Shown: piece after piece, positions 46,901-60,160 of the stretch
Layout of the letters: every line of letters begins with the position of its first letter
How positions within the stretch are numbered: position 1 is the first letter of the stretch
Assembly: GCA_964016885.1 (NCBI GenBank)
Contig: OZ024740.1
Coordinates: 312,852,001-312,916,000 of the forward strand
Source of the DNA: Eledone cirrhosa
Lineage: Eukaryota
Direction of reading: 5' to 3'
Length of the DNA: 64,000 nt
Translations under genes and position numbers: made by a program
Notes under the pieces: model-generated
What the model was told of the DNA's origin: nothing
The model's input: the letters and a program-made list of their open reading frames with translations, nothing else
The model's database searches: none

Positions 46901-49900
46901 ATTGCTACAACTACCATCCAATCACCATTGCTACAACTACCATCCAATCACCATTGCTACAACTACCATCCAACCACCATTGTTACAACTACCATCCAAC
47001 TACCATTGTTACAACTACCATCCAACAACCATTGTTACAACTACCATCCAACCACCATTGTTACAACTACCATCCAACCACCATTGTTACAACTACCATC
47101 CAACTACCATTGTTACAACTACCATCCAACCACCATTGTTACAACTACCATCCAACTACCATTGTTACAACTACCATCCAACCACCATTGTTACAACTAC
47201 CATCCAACTACCATTGTTACAACTACCATCCAACTACCATTGTTACAACTACCATCCAACAACCATTCTTACAACTACCATCCAACCACCATGTTACAAC
47301 TACCATCCAACCACCATCATTACAACTACCATCCAACCACCATCATTACAACTACCATCCAACCACCATTGTTACAACTACCATCCAACCACCATCATTA
47401 CAACTACCATCCAACCACCATTGTTACAACTACCATCCAACAACCATTGTTACAACTACCATCCAACCACCATTGTTACAACTACCATCCAACCACCATC
47501 ATTACAACTACCATCCAACCACCATTGTTACAACTACCATCCAACTACCATTGTTGCAACTACCATCCAATCACCATTGCTACAACTACCATCCAACTAC
47601 CATTGTTACAACTACCATCCAACCACCATTGCTACAACTACCATCCACTCACCATTGCTACAACTACCATCCAATCACCATTGCTACAACTACCATCCAA
47701 CTACCATTGTTGCAACTACCATCCAATCACCATTGCTACAACTACCATCCAACTACCATTGCTACAACTACCATCCAATCACCATTGCTACAACTACCAT
47801 CCAATCACCATTGCTACAACTACCATCCAATCACCATTGCTACAACTACCATCCAATCACCATTGCTACAACTACCATCCAATCACCATTGTTACAACTA
47901 CCATCCAATCACCATTGCTACAACTACCATTCAACCACCATTGTTACAACTACCATCCAATCACCATTGTTACAACTACCATCCAATCACCATTGCTACA
48001 ACTACCATTCAACCACCATTGTTACAACTACCATCCAATCACCATTGCTACAACTACCATCCAATCACCATTGCTACAACTACCATCCAATCACCATTGC
48101 TACAACTACCATCCAATCACCATTGCTACAACTACCATCCAACCACCATTGTTACAACTACCATCCAATCACCATTGCTACAACTATCATCCAATCACCA
48201 TTGTTGCAACTACCATCCAATCACCATTGTTACAACTACCATCCACTCACCATTGCTACAACTACCATCCAATCACCATTGTTACAACTACCATCCACTC
48301 ACCATTGTTACAACTACCATCCACTCACCATTGCTACAACTACCATCCAATCACCATTGTTGCAACTACCATCCAATCACCATTGCTACAACTACCATCC
48401 AATCACCATTGTTACAACTACCATCCAACCACCATTGTTACAACTACCATCCAATCACCATTGTTGCAACTACCATCCAATCACCATTGCTACAACTACC
48501 ATCCAATCACCATTGCTACAACTACCATCCAACCACCATTGTTACAACTACCATCCAATCACCATTGCTACAACTATCATCCAATCACCATTGTTGCAAC
48601 TACCATCCAATCACCATTGTTACAACTACCATCCACTCACCATTGCTACAACTACCATCCAATCACCATTGTTACAACTACCATCCACTCACCATTGTTA
48701 CAACTACCATCCACTCACCATTGCTACAACTACCATCCAATCACCATTGTTGCAACTACCATCCAATCACCATTGCTACAACTACCATCCAATCACCATT
48801 GTTACAACTACCATCCAACCACCATTGTTACAACTACCATCCAATCACCATTGTTGCAACTACCATCCAATCACCATTGCTACAACTACCATCCAATCAC
48901 CATTGCTACAACTACCATCCAATCACCATTGCTGCAACTACCATCCAATCACCATTGCTACAACTACCATCCAATCACCATTGTTACAACTACCATCCAA
49001 TCACCATTGCTACAACTACCATCCAACCACCATTGTTACAACCACCATCCAACCACCATTGCTACAACTACCATCCAATCACCATTGCTGCAACTACCAT
49101 CCAATCACCATTGCTACAACTACCATCCAATCACCATTGCTACAACTACCATCCAATCACCATTGCTACAACTATCATCCAATCACCATTGTTGCAACTA
49201 CCATCCAACCACCATTGCTACAACTACCATTCAATCACCATTGCTACAACTACCATCCAATCACCATTGCTACAACTACCATCCAACCACCATTGTTACA
49301 ACTACCATCCAATCACCATTGTTACAACTACCATCCAACCACCATTGCTACAACTACCATCCAACTACCATTGTTACAACTACCATCCAATCACCATTGT
49401 TACAACTACCATCCAACCACCATTGTTACAACTACCATCCAACCACCATTGCTACAACTACCATCCAACCACCATTGTTACAACTACCATCCAATCACCA
49501 TTGTTACAACTACCATCCAACCACCATTGTTACAACTACCATCCAACCACCATTGCTACAACTACCATCCAACCACCATTGTTACAACTACCATCCAACC
49601 ACCATTGCTACAACTACCATCCAACTACCATTGTTACAACTACCATCCAATCACCATTGCTACAACTACCATCCAACCACCATTGTTACAACTACCATCC
49701 AACCACCATTACTACAACTACCATCCAACTACCATTGTTACAACTACCATCCAATCACCATTGTTACAACTACCATCCAACCATCATTGTTACAACTACC
49801 ATCCAACCACCATTGTTACAACTACCATCCAACCACCATTGTTACAACTACCATCCAACCACCATTGTTACAACTACCATCCAACCACCATTGTTATAAT

Positions 49901-52900
49901 TGTCTTCTAACCTTGATAGATTGTGCTTCCATTGCTGCTTTATTTGCAGCAGCTTCATCTGTCTCTACAAGATGTTTGGCAGCTTCTACTTCGTGTGTCT
50001 CCTTTTCAATGGTCTTTATCAACTCCAATGTCTCTTTACTGGTTTCTAGAAGTTGTGGCTGAAGAGCAAATAACTCTTTCTGCATGATGTTGATCTGTAA
50101 TGAGTTAAGAAATAACATTACTGTATGTGGGATTGTGGGAATGGAAGAGAATTATGATTAGTTTAGAGATGGTAATGCTAATGATGGCAATAATGATGAG
50201 GATAATAATGATGGTAATGATGGTGAAGGTGCTAATGATGATGGTAATGATAGTGAGGAGGATAGAGATGGCGATAATGATGATGAAGAGGCTAGTGATG
50301 GTAATGATAATTATGATGTTAATAATGACAACAGTAATGATGACAGTGATGATGATATATATGTGTGTGTATGAGCGCATTTATGTTTACACTGCTAAAC
50401 AATTTGGGCTGTTTGTTTATGTCCCATAACTTGGCAGTTCGACAAACAGAGATCAACAAAACAAGTAATAGGGTTGATATGATTATTTAAATCCTTGAAA
50501 ATGGTGGTCCAGCATGATCATCATCAATAGCTGAAATCAGTAAAAAAATGAAAAAAAATGTATCTTTGTATCTTTTACTCTTTTATGTATTCCATCTGAC
50601 TGACTAGGGCCATGCTGGGGCACCACCACTGATGCTACAAAAATAGGATGCTTACAGCACCTAGGTTTCCCAAGTGGTCACCCATCTAAGTACTAACTAG
50701 GTTTGACACTGCTTAACTTCGATGATTAGATGAGAACCGATGTTTTCAGCGTGATATGGCCTTATATATGTAAGAAAATTTTAATTCTCTTACATCAAAT
50801 ATAATCCTTGCCTTTAATAAAGCTGAAAAAAGACAAGCAATTTATTTTTGGGGGCTAATTGATAATTAAGTATTATAGGATTCAAATAATACTGTTATTT
50901 GATCAAACCTGAGACTTTGAAAATTCCAGTTTCTCCAATCCAACAAGATATCGGTTCTTTAGCATTAGGATTTCCATTCTTTTTTTATTAAGTAGTGTCT
51001 TAAAAGTCCGTATTAATTCCAGATAAGATGTTGGTGTCACATAGTTCCGATAGTCAAGAGCTTCATAGTATCTAAGTAAGAAATTAAATTTTCTCTGTTA
51101 TTTCATTACCACTTTGGGGATTATCTGAGTAGTGTAAAGTTGAGTTTCTTGAAATTGAGAGGTTACGGGAGAGACAATTGGGTCAATGACTCCATTTTGA
51201 TTCTTAGTTCTTAGAAAAGAAGACAGGAAGTAGATAACATGTGGTGTAGTACACAAGACAGGAGGGGGTGTAGTATAAAAAGGGGACAGGAGAGATATAA
51301 CATGTGGTATAGTACAAGAAAAGGGGACAGGAGAGATATAACATGTGGCGTAGTACAAGAAAAGGGAACAGAAGAGATATAACATGTGGTGTAGAACAAG
51401 AAAAGGGAACAGGAGACATACAATATGTGGTGTACAAGAAAAGGGGACATATAACATGTGATGTAGTGCAGTAAAAGGGGACAGGTGACATATAACGTGA
51501 TGTAGTACAAAAAAAAGGACATCCATCATGTGATGTAGGCAGGAGGTAAATAACATGTGGTGTAGTACAATGACAGGAGACAGACAACATGTGGTGTAAT
51601 GCAAGGAAAAGAGACATGTGGTAGATAATATGTGGTGTACTTACTTGTCTGTTAATGCTCTCACACTTATGTGGAAATGTTTACACATCTCAACAGATTG
51701 TTGTCTCAAATCTTCATTCATCTCTACATCATCTAACAATTTGTTAGCAACCAGTTGTAAGGCATCATCTGGCCATTGCTGGAAAATGGTTCCAGTTTAG
51801 AAATAAAAAGAGGATGTTATTGTAATAATCTATATTATAATAAGAGTGTTGTCTGTCTGACCGTCTGATGATAATGATGATGATGATTACGATGATGTTG
51901 ATAATAATGATGATGTTGATAATAATAATGATGATGAGAGTGATGCTGATGATGTTAATGAAGATGATGATAATGATGTTGATGAGGATGACTATTATTA
52001 TGATGATGATAATGTATGTTAATGTCATTTAGTTTAGTTAATGTTAGCTTTAACTTTCCATCTTCATTAGTTTACCTTCCATCTTCTTTAAGATGATAAA
52101 CCTCTCTAGTTGCAAAATATTTAAACTGCTACCTTCCAGCCTCAATTATTTTATTTCAGATAAATAAAGAGAGAGATAATAAAAGAGAAAATGAGAAGTA
52201 GAGAGATACACTTACTTCAAACCAATCTATTGTGCAGCAGTTTATAAGTGAAGGGTACATTCTTAGTCTGTTACGAAAAGCCTCCCCAATTGGGCTGAAA
52301 GCCAATACAATATGTAGATTCTGACAGACACGCTCAATAAATTTGTTGTACATACTTAGAGGAGTTAATTCAATGGTTAAATTCTCTTGGAGTGTCAGCT
52401 GTTGCATCTAGAGAAAGGCCACCACAAAGAAATAAATAGTAAGACGTGATAGTTAGTAATAAATTGATAACCCTATCTAGGCTGAGCTCTTTACAATCAA
52501 TCCTTATCTAATTTTATATATCTTCTACCATCATGTTCTGTTGGATTGTAATATCGTCACTATTCTAATTAATCCATACATATTATTTTCTGTTGAGAAA
52601 TAATTATTATTAAATAAAGAAATAATAATTTTGAGTTGAATTTCGGTCATCACCCAAGATTCATGACAAGTTTCGCTATCTTCAATTCGATATTCAATTT
52701 GAAAGAATATGATCGCAAATACAAGCAGCTAAAATGGGGTTCCTCTGAAGGGTCTTTGGAGTAACGTTACTCAATAGAGTGTGTAGCTTGGAGATCAGAG
52801 AGTCACTCCAAGTAAAGTTACTACTTCTCTGAATTGAGATATCACAGCTCCAATACTATGAGCATATGGTAAGAATGTCTCAGGAAAGAATCGCTGGACA

Positions 52901-55900
52901 GATTTTACAGGCAAAAACCAACTGGTAAGAGACCCAGGGGTATACCTGGAGCATGTTGGTTGGATAATATCCATGAGCTCAGCTGGTCTCGCTTGAGGAT
53001 CCAGCTGGAGATGGTTGCTTTTGACAGGACCTGCCAGAAGGACTGTTTGAGGACTCTGCCCCCAAGACCCTCTCAGGAATAAGTGAGTGAAGAAGAAGTG
53101 TTGAATTTCTGAGCTCACTAAGGCTTAGCAAAAGAAATATTTTTTATCAATATAAATAAGCAATGTTGTAGGATTAAGAAACGTCTGGTCTTTTGTTATT
53201 CTTTATATCATTAATGAAAAACATTTATTTCATTCTAAATTAAATGCTTATAATGAAAAAAATTAAAGTAGTTTTAAAAAGGAATAAGCCATTTCAATAA
53301 GCCTTGTATGATCAAGGTTTCAATTGTATTCACCATAAACAATTTTCAATCTGGCCCACCTCCAAAAATGTTTGTCAGCCCCTGGTAATGACTGTATTAA
53401 TACCCCTGGATCATTTGGCTTTTCGATCTTTCACCTCACAACAGCATAAAGAGAGAGAGAGAGGTAGTAGTAGTAGTGGTGGTTGAGGTTAGGGTAAAGG
53501 TAGTTGTAGCAGTGGTGTTGGTAGTAGCAGAGATAGTAGTGATAGTAACAGTAATTATCTTACCTTTTCAATAATTTGCAGTCGTTGTTCATTATCATAA
53601 AGGTTTGGAATATCCCCAGTATTCAACAACATGTTAATATCCTCGAGAAATGATGGATCCTGGTTGGTTTAGAAATATTTTTTACAATCAGTTTGATATT
53701 TAAATTTCAAAAATATAAAAATATGTACTATACAAGAATTCTTATTTCAATAATTCATATTATAAAGTAATATAGTTAATACAAAGCATTGTGAGATATG
53801 TAATAAATGACTGCTAAGTTTCAGAAAGCTGGTACAATGAGGTAGAAATATATAAAGGACAAAGGATGACAAATAAAACAAAACAATGTAATGTTTTAAC
53901 CAGTATATTTCAATATGATATTTCCGATTCATATTTGAAAAGAGAGTATTAACCCTGAAATATTATGTTGAAATACATTGAGTAAAACATTACTTTGTTT
54001 TGTTTTATTTGTCATCCTTTGTCCTTTATATTTTTATACTGCATTGTACTGGTTTTTGAAACTTATCAATGTATATTATATTATATTATATCAGGAGTGA
54101 AGATGCATGGCTTAAGGGTTAGAAACTTGGATTCACAATCATGAGGCTGTGAGTTTGAATCTCAGACTGGGCGATGCATTATGTCCTTGAGTAAGACATT
54201 TTATTTCATGTTGCTGTTCTGCCAGGAGTTGTGGCTGGTACTTAGTATGAGCAATTAGAAAGATCATTGGAAACATTGTTGCCTTGGTCCAATCTGATGA
54301 GCTCACCTCACTCAGTAAGTGAATGAGGTTTGAGATCTTGTCTTTTTTTTTTTATATCAGGAGTCAAAGTCTGGAAGATTCTGTAGTCCTTTGGTAAACA
54401 TTAAACAATGTTGACAGTCCAGGCAAGAGTAAACATAGAATGTAAACAACTAGGCATCAATATCAGTAAGGTGTCAACATCAAAGGAAAAATAATATAAG
54501 TGAAATATTAACATTTATCAGATATTAATCTTACTACAATGTCAACATCAATGTCAACATTAATATGTCAACATCATCAATCTGTCCACATAACTATTAA
54601 CAATATAAAAGCACTGAAAATATAAAAGAGGTTCTAGAAACATTGCTGTTAATATTAATAGTGTCAATATTAGTGCTCTGTAAAAATCAGTAATATATTG
54701 ATGAAGTGTTAACACAAGAGGGCCATCAACAACAAAGATTTGTCAGCTTTAACCCTTTAATGTTCAAACCGGCCAAAACCGGCCAGAATTCTCTACCTTT
54801 TTCTGTTGAAACTGGCTGTAACTGGTCACTCAAACTGATGTTAAGGTATTGTTCTCAAAATAAATACTTTCAAAATCTCATAGATTCAATATTATGTGAG
54901 ATAATTATGTTAAGTAAAGCCTTTACCATGAAAATATAATAGTATTTATAGAATAATGTGAATGCTAAAGGGTTAATGATATATTAATCAAACAGTTATA
55001 CCATGGAGGTCAGAAAAATAGCAAGCCTGCTTGAGGAGAGAGCCCTGTGAGGTGGGGTGGCTGTTACAGCTGGTGTCTCTGGCAATTTTCCATGGTAAAG
55101 CCTTTGCCATTTTGTCCACAGGGTATGGCTGAGGCACTGCTCAAACTGGGGTGTAGTGTCTGTCGCCACACCCCTTTCTTCCATAGCTTGATCCTTTTTT
55201 CTTTTTTCCTTTCGATTTTTTCTCCCTTTCTGTTCCCTTTACTAGTGTGTTTTGTTTTTATTAGATATAGCTCAATTATTTTTATGTAATTATATCCTAG
55301 AAATAAATGTTTATTTATTGTAAAAAAAAAAAAAATTAAGCATCATCAATTTGTCAATATCAGACTTTTACCAACACAAAGAAGCCAGCTAGATCTTCGT
55401 TAAAGACAGAAATATATCCCCAAACCAGAAATAGTTTAGCATTAGAAAGGTGATATAATATTGTGGAAGAATTGTTCATATACCTACCTTAATCTGATAA
55501 TCTCCTAAAAAGAAGACAAGTGGTGTGCTGTCTTCACCAGACTTCCGGATAATCTTCATCAAGTCTTCCCTCCATTCCACTGAAGAATAATCTTTGCTCA
55601 TCTCTATTTGGATAAGTTCAAATTCTGCAATAAAAGTTGCTAGTCGTGTGGCACTCTGTCTGCCAGTTCCACCAATCCCTGCAAAAACAAATATAAAGTC
55701 ATTTTCTTCATTTCTTTATTACTGTTATCATTAGTTGAAAATATTCTAAAGTCTAACTCAAGCCTGAAGGTTCATCAGGCTGGTGCTTATAATGGATTAT
55801 GTGGTGTTAAGTGAATGAAAGTACAAGACTTCCCTCTGGACAGGACACCAGTCAATTGCAGGGTTAAACCTGCAGCCATTGCTGGTATTAATTTTCAGCT

Positions 55901-58900
55901 GAACATACTGGGGCAATGTTTTATTCAAGTGTTTTACTCAAGTGTTTTACTCAAGAACACAGCACACAACCCAGTCCAAGATTCGAACCTATATATTATG
56001 ATTGTAAGTCCAACACATTTACCACTAGGCTATGCACCTCCACTCACTGTTATAAAGCAATGTTATTAAGTTTTTCAATTTTAAATTCTATTTTGTCATT
56101 AGTGAGTCATACCAGTTTCTCATTAATGGATGATATCTGTTTATCATTAATAAGTCAATGAGTTCAAATCCTGCTGAGGTAAGCTTTGCCTTTCATCCTT
56201 AAGGGGTCGATAAAAGTCACATGCTCCTGGAAAGGAAATGGGCTCTGTTAGGTTTTAAGAAATGTCCCAGAAATGCTGTATATTACTATGGCACCCTTAT
56301 GATTCCATCAGGAGTTATAGATTCATTTGATATGAAGTTATATGTTTGTCACTTGTGAGCTAATTCTTGTTACAGTCATTGTTATTACAGGGGCTGCTGC
56401 TGCTGCTATTCTTGTTACTAAAATTATTGAGTATAACACAAACAGATAATATACAATACTTACCAATGAGTAAACAGTGACCATTGGGTTGCTTCAAAAC
56501 TCTGTTGATTCTTGTGATATGTTCAACAGCCAAGTGGAACATGACCAGATCCATTGGAGTTTTACTCATCAAATTATAATCAGCCAGATATCTCTCAATT
56601 ACCTTCACAGAAATATTTCAAAGGATAAATAAAGTTGTTTCAAAAACACTAGAGGTAAGAAACTCTCAGGAGATATGGACAGCAGAAGACCCCCCCCCTA
56701 CCCACAAGCATGTGTTTCGGCCCTTACCTTCTTACACTAACAGAATAGTAACACATTGGTAGGTCTGATAACTAACAGGGAGCTGGGTTGCATCCAAGTT
56801 ATGACTCCTGGGTGCCCTTCTGCTGGCATTTAGCCATTTAAATATTGGGGACTTGTTGTTATGGAGATTTAGTTGACAGGATCTAGCTGGAATTTCTTTC
56901 CATTGCCTCTGCTTTCTTTCCACATTCAAGCACCTTATCAAATTTAAAGAGGAAACCTCTATGTGGTTGCTTGATCTGTTAAAAATAGCATCAAAGTTTC
57001 CCTCCAAATCAAACCTTACTGTCTTAAAAAAGTAAGGAAAATGTAGTTCCAGGACAGTGAAGGGCAAACTGTAGCCTGTGAGCCACATGTGGCTCATTTG
57101 GTTTTCTGAATGGCATGCCTGATTTCAAAATTGCCTTGAACTTTTTGGTAGTGTGGCCCACCTTATGATGAACCACATCCTATGCAGCTCACTGCTAAAA
57201 AAAGGTTGCTCATTCCTGTTCTAGATATAGCAAATGAAGAGATGATCATGGCTGGAATGTCTTTGATATTAGGTCTTTGTGATTAGGAATGATTCAGGGT
57301 TATTAAACAGCAACATACAGACACCTTACATTTCAGGGATATAATTTCTCATTGTAAACCTTTCATCACTCTATATTTACTCTACTTATGCTCTGAATAC
57401 TGTTTTGATTATATGGCCATTGGCCTATTACAGAATGGTGGGATTCTTTCACCGCCATCTTCAGATCAAAGATTTTCATCAAAGTGGTGTTCTTACTATG
57501 AGAATATAGTTATGTAATTTCTTACAAGAATGTTAGGGAGAGATGAATGATGTGTGAAGGCTGTACAAGTGGTCAGTGGTGCAGTCAGCAAGGTGAGAGT
57601 TAACAATGAGTACAATGATGAAGTTATCATGTTACTAGGAGTCACCAAGGCTCAGTTCTCAGTCTCCTCCTGTTTATTATAGTTTCCAAGGTCATAACAT
57701 AACAATTCATCACAATTATGACCTGATACCCAATAGAATAACACATTGGGTGTCTGATAACGAACATAATACATTGGTGGTCTGATAACTTGCAGAATAA
57801 CTTCTACTGAAGGTGATTATAAGTTATCATATGGTGAGAAAAGCCAGATGTTAATGGTGTTGATGGCAATAATTAGTATGATGATGGATATGATGATAAT
57901 TTGACAATGATGACAAGGAAAAAGACAATGATAGAGATGATGATGATGATAATGATGATGATGCCAATGAATGTGATGATGATGAAGACAACAATGACAA
58001 CAATGATAATTGTTTCTACTTTTGGCACAAGGCCAGCAATTACCCAGTGCATTACTGGTATTTTATTTTATCGACCCCGTAAGGATGAAAGGCAAAGTTA
58101 ACCTTGGCAGGATTTGAACTCAGAATGGAAAGGGCTGTAACTGAGTTCAAATCCCACCGAGGTTAACTTTGCCATCCATCCTTACGGGGTCGATAAAATA
58201 AAATACCAGTAATGTACTGGGTAATTGCTGGCCTTGTGCCAACAATGATAGTGATGATGCCAACAATGATGATGATGATGACGACAACAATGATGATGAT
58301 GACATGATGATGATGATGACAACATGATGATGATGATGACAACATGATGATGATTTTGTTAAAACACTTACTTGCCTCAGATTGTCCTGGTCACTAATTT
58401 CATCATACAATCTTACACTGCCTTCTTTAGGTATCATGAAATCGCCAAATGTTAAGGACCTCATGTCTTTTGGAGTAACTTGCTTCCCTTTGGGGACCAA
58501 ATGTCCAAAAACACTGTTAAACTTTTCCTTGAACTGGGCTTCAATGGATAACTGGTGTATTAGAATATAGAAGTAAGTATAGAGGCAAATACAGGGGTAA
58601 GAATAGAAATATAGGGGACGGAGGTCAGAATGGAGGTAAAGGTAGTGGTAGAAATGGAGGTAAGTATAGTGGTAAAATATCACTCTCACCGTCACCTATT
58701 TCTGTTGCTATCTCTCACTCTCTCTCTCTCTTACCATCACACATATTCAATCTCTTTGTCAACAACCAGCATGTAGCTATCCCTATTATTCTTCCATTAT
58801 CCCCTCCCCTACCATCTACTTACTCATATCACTGTTTTCCCTGCATCTTACTAATCCTCTCTTCTTTCAATTAACTTTTTCTTCTATTAATCATTAACTC

Positions 58901-60066
58901 TCTCTTCTATTTAGCCATACAGTCACATTTACCTTGAACAGAGACAAACAGGAAGTAGAGAGAACTTTTTAGTTTTCCTGGTGACTAAAGAGCTCCCTCT
59001 AGAATTAGTACCATAATAAAATGCCCCCAATACACTTTGTGAAGTGGTTAGGTTTAGGGAGAGCATCCAGTTGTAGAAATCATGCCAAAAATAAAATGTA
59101 TGAGTGAGATGTGGAACTTTGAGACAGTTTAATTCTACCACATGTACAAGGTAGGATAATGAAGGGGCCTCTATGTAATTGCTTAACCTTCTAGAAATAG
59201 CAGCCAAATCTTCCTCAGATCATACTATATCATTAAAAAAATGAAATCATACATTAGATGATGTAGTCTAGAAAAAAGGGTCGACAGTCACAGCTGAAAT
59301 CCTTTTAATCAGACTTTTTTCTCTTTCACAAGTAAACAACAACAACAATATGAGAAAAGTAAAAAAAAAACCCCCCAAAAAAAACCAAACAACATCAATA
59401 ACAAAAAAATCAAAACAAAAACAAATCAAATCTTTTTTTACCTTGAGAATTTTAAAGAAGGCTTCTTGGTCTGTTTGATCAACAAGACGATCTGAAAACA
59501 AGCGATATGTCTCATGTGTCCACAAGCGAATAATTTTATGTATGTCTTCTGGGTTTTCAGAGACAGACTTGGGGGAAAATAGAAGGATACCCTGTAAAAA
59601 GATTGTGGTAAGAAAGGAAATGACAAGAAATTAGTTTGGCCTAAACTAAATGTAAATATAATAATATTTACACATACGAGGGTAGGCTGAAAAGTTCATA
59701 AGTTGATTATGAAAGAGTGATGCTAGAGCTGTGAAATCTTGTATGCATTAATGTCAAAACTTCTTATTAATAACTGCATTATTTCTTTCCAGGGACTATG
59801 TTGAAAAATAAACCTCATTTGGTCATTCCATGAGAGTATCTTGGTCAGTCTATGAACTTTTCAGTCGCCCCTCGTATAATTCGGATGGTATAACACGGGT
59901 TCAAGATCAGTGTCTCAAAAATGGGTTAAAGGTACATGTAGTTTATGGGACAAATTTGGGCTGGTGATCCTTGGTCAGCCTATGAACCTTTCAGCTGACC
60001 CTCATAGTTCAATTTCATTCAGCTGCTGTTGTTGGTCCACTACTGGATAGAAGTCATGTGACATGA

Positions 60067-60160
<94 letters not shown>

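Noticed and set aside
30322-49896. CRISPR-like array
   Set aside because: Head-to-tail repeats with no unique spacers, eukaryotic intron context, no cas genes.
30282-50062. Giant ORFs (up to 4323 aa) of [18 protein letters not shown] repeats
   Set aside because: The 26-bp unit has no + strand stop codon, so all three frames give the same 26-aa repeat. The ORFs are antisense within a dynein intron, mostly start at non-ATG codons, and tolerate frameshifting deletions. Artefact of the satellite.
50648-50767. Functional 5S rRNA gene
   Set aside because: Single copy outside an array, degraded 5' end and many stem-disrupting substitutions.
50105-52028. Ile/Met-rich transmembrane-looking ORFs (also 25501-25858, 57901-58345, 63387-63860)
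   Set aside because: Translations of degenerate trinucleotide microsatellites.
55650-55678. Non-canonical Walker A (GIGGTGRQS)
   Set aside because: GxGGSGRQS is normal for AAA4 of this axonemal dynein class.
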